DNA from: Eutreptiella sp. 'Long Island Sound 2002'
Lineage: Eukaryota > Protista > Euglenida
Assembly (NCBI GenBank): GCA_964036045.1
Contig: OZ038378.1
Span: 175,894,001 to 175,958,000, forward strand
Direction of reading: 5' to 3'
DNA: 64,000 nucleotides
Every line of letters starts with the position of its first letter. Within the stretch, counting starts at the first letter, position 1. Made by a program: the position numbers and the translations under genes. The notes under the pieces were generated by a model, which was given only the letters and a program-made list of their open reading frames with translations, had not been told where the DNA came from and did no database searches. This document shows positions 61,148 to 64,000 of this stretch, piece by piece.

Positions 61148-61714
61148 GAGCAGCGAAGCAAATTCGGCACATGCATGGCGAGCACGGCGCCCAACTTAAA
61201 CCTACGTGCCGGAGGCGTGCAACATTCGTTCATCATACCTTTCATTATGTGATTTGTCCTATAGAGCAGGCAGAAGAAGTAAGCCCCCTCTCCACATGGC
61301 ACAATGGTCACCACCCCACCGTTTTAACAAAACGAGCAACACGAGAGCAATGCATGTGTGTGTCATGTCATGAGCATACCTGAGCAGCCAACCACTCATG
61401 GTGACCTGCTGGATTCTATTTTCACTTTCTTCATTCTGTCATGAGTACAAAATTTTAATGCACCATGCAAAAATTTTCAGTAAAAGTTTTCAAAAAACGC
61501 TCTCGCTTAACTCTTTGCTAAACTTCAGGATTCACACCCTATAAGTTTCATTTCCTATTTTTTTCAGCTCCTGAAGTTTTGTGACCTTCATTGGGAGTAT
61601 TGCTTGGCCCTGACCGTTGGTCAGGATTTTTACTAAAATGCTGTTTATACAGCGATGACCGTCCGTATTGGAGCGATGGATCATACCCCAATGGTTAATC
61701 ATGCGCAGTGCACG

Positions 61715-61830
61715 GGATTTCAATGAGGGCCTAGTGCGCTCATGCATAGGGGCTGCGATTTGAATGAGGCCCGAGTGCGCTCATGCACAGGGTTCATGAT
61801 CTCAATGCGGCCCCAGTGCGCTCGCGGACA
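61715..61830. repeat. Degenerate tandem repeat of about 41 bp, 3 copies
   Basis: (T/G)AATG(A/C)GG..C.AGTGCGCTC repeated three times. Confidence 0.7.
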
Positions 61831-62983
61831 AGGGCCATGACGGATACATTATGGGCAGGGTTGTAGATAGGCATGGGGTAAAAGGACTGTAGGTAACCCT
61901 ATTTGTGTAGTGACTTGATGGGCAGCGAGATGGATACATTTATGGGGTATGATGTAACATGCGGGGAACAGTTGCAAGTAGGCACATGCTGGGAGGATGG
62001 TAAGGAGCCTTAATGGTCTGTTTATCACGATTATCAAGGTTGTTGTGGTTGGCAGCTGTGGATGCATTGGGTGTGTTGCCTTGCAGAACTTGGCAGAGGT
62101 TGACGCCCCCCAATGGGCCACTAGCGGTGAGTGTGGGCAGGTGGAGGTGCACACAAGCTGCGACAACACCAAGCTGCGACAACACCAAGCTGCGACAGTG
62201 CCACATGGTGTTGCACTTGCTGCGCTTTTGTGCCCCCTTGCCCAATGGGGATCGGGGGCAACTGTCTCCTTTTTTATGTAGATAGTTTAGACACGCACAG
62301 AAGGCCCATACCAGTTTCAGCTCAACGATGTGTTCCTGGACAAGCCGGCCATTGAACAAGTTGGAGGCCAAAAAGCCAAAAACAATACTCTTTCGCTATT
62401 GTTTGGAAACAGTGGTAAAAAGCGCAAAAAATGCCGAAACAGCACCTTGAGCTGCTTGGGCAAGTGGTTGTCCAAGTATGTCTCGGGGGTAGAGGAGGTC
62501 ACAATAAGTAGGGGAGGGGGGAGGGAATTCGGCACCAAGCAAATTAAGCGAATTTTTGCATGCAAAGGAAATACACATGACATGAAGATGACACTTTAAA
62601 GGTGAACCATAAAGGTGGAGTGGTTTGCCTGCTGATACTTCCGTTTACTTCACTTGTTTGCGTTTTGTGGAGGCATGCCTCTTGGTTGTAGATGCCGAAT
62701 GCTCTTGGTGGTGTTTCTGCTGCTTGTACATGGGGGCTTGCCTCGGAGTGCGCTTCCGTGTATGTCTTGCGTTCTCCTTGGGGAGCGCTTCTGTGACACT
62801 GTGGAGCGGGCTTATGTGCATGTCTCAGTGTGCGGCTAGTTTACATTTTTGGATTATTTCGACGGGTTTCGTGGTTCATAGTGGTATACTTCCACTAAGC
62901 AGTGGGATCACCCCACCTCAGCCCACAAGGCTGAGGCGTCATTGCTCGGCGGGAGTGACCCCCCACTCCCCGGAAAGCCCTCT

Positions 62984-63610
62984 AGGCCCCACGATAGGTG
63001 TAAACTAGTCCCACACTTGGTGACCCACTTCACATACACAGCAAGCTCCCCGTCGGACCCTGTTCGTGGAAGGTTGCAGGGTGCGGACCGATGGGGCAGG
63101 CTTCGAGGGGTACAATGTGGGGGTACGTGCGAGGGCCTAGGTGTCAATTTCAGTTTAGCGAGTGGTGGCGTGGCTCCTGCATGTCGTGCCTGGTGCCACG
63201 CTACCCTGGGTCACGGATCTGTCCGTGCCGCCTTGGGCACTGGGGCAGGGTGGCCCGTACACGCTACAAGTACTGTATTGTGATGTCTTGCGGTGCCAGG
63301 CGGCTGAGGCAGGACCGGGGTACAAGAATGCATGTGTCGTGTGTCCGTGTGAGCGAGGACACGCTCTGCACTGGGACTTCTATGCTCTGTACGATACATT
63401 GGCTCTTTATGTGTCCCGAGATTTCACGGTTCCGGAGTTGCAACTGTTTTGATGAGTGTAGTGTGATGTGGGGTGCAGTGCCTTGGGACAGATAGGGATC
63501 ACGGTTACGCTGGAGTTCGGAGATCGCCCGAGCACTTTACCTTTACCTTTACCTCCAGGCCCTACGATAGGTGTAAACTAGTCCCACACTTGGTGACCCA
63601 CTTCACATAC
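62984..63610. repeat. 54-bp direct repeat pair
   Basis: AGGCCC(C/T)ACGATAGGTGTAAACTAGTCCCACACTTGGTGACCCACTTCACATAC at 62984-63037 and 63557-63610. Confidence 0.9.
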
Positions 63611-64000
63611 TCAATGCCCATTAGCTCTATCGGTGCCTGATGCCGTGATATGGTCCGTATGGAGGTACAGTGGTATGTCTGTGGGGATGCCTTGGGGTGG
63701 GAGTGGCAAGGGGGCAGAGGTTGCTAGGTCTGGTATGGAGTTCTTTACCATGTTTGGGGGATGCACTACTTTATGGACGCACAAGAATGTTCACGAAATC
63801 TCTGGATTTTCCGAAGCATCAAAAAGTGCACGCTGTGTGCCCGCTGTGCAGATTCTTCCCCAATCGTCAGCAGTCTATGTTACTGTTTATCTGGTTTTGT
63901 TGTTGTGCTCATAGCAGGTGGTGCTGGGCTGAAGTTTGGGTTATTCTTGGAGGTTGCTGTCTGCCCTCTGTGCACATGCAGTGCACGTGCCGTGCAGCCG

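Overview
Repeat-rich eukaryotic genomic DNA. It is probably from a euglenid protist; this is inferred from sequences resembling the euglenid spliced leader and from the repeat style, and is not proven. Three host genes can be supported. (1) An 8-exon, about 890-aa six-transmembrane cyclic-nucleotide-regulated channel (12125-34693, +) with three tandem cNMP-binding domains and a non-canonical pore motif (TMTGLSRG). (2) An intronless type II membrane EGF-like + GT15 (KRE2/MNT1-family) glycosyltransferase (47117-48667, +), preceded by one clear and one weaker relic of the spliced leader, which suggests an mRNA recycled into the genome. (3) A probable F-box-like ORF (53341-54150, +). The rest is mostly transposon debris. 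It includes a degenerate hAT transposase with a NUMOD1-like/PHD/PHD/TTF N-terminus (946-2300) and a frameshifted L1/Tx1-like LINE (about 4600-7626). A 4.25-kb P-like DNA transposon (13942-18195) with TIRs and an exact 8-bp target-site duplication sits inside a LINE RT motif within channel intron 1. There are also TAA-flanked MITEs, foldback elements and many satellites and microsatellites. No rRNA, tRNA or CRISPR array was recognised. All family assignments come from motif recognition by eye; no database search was run.
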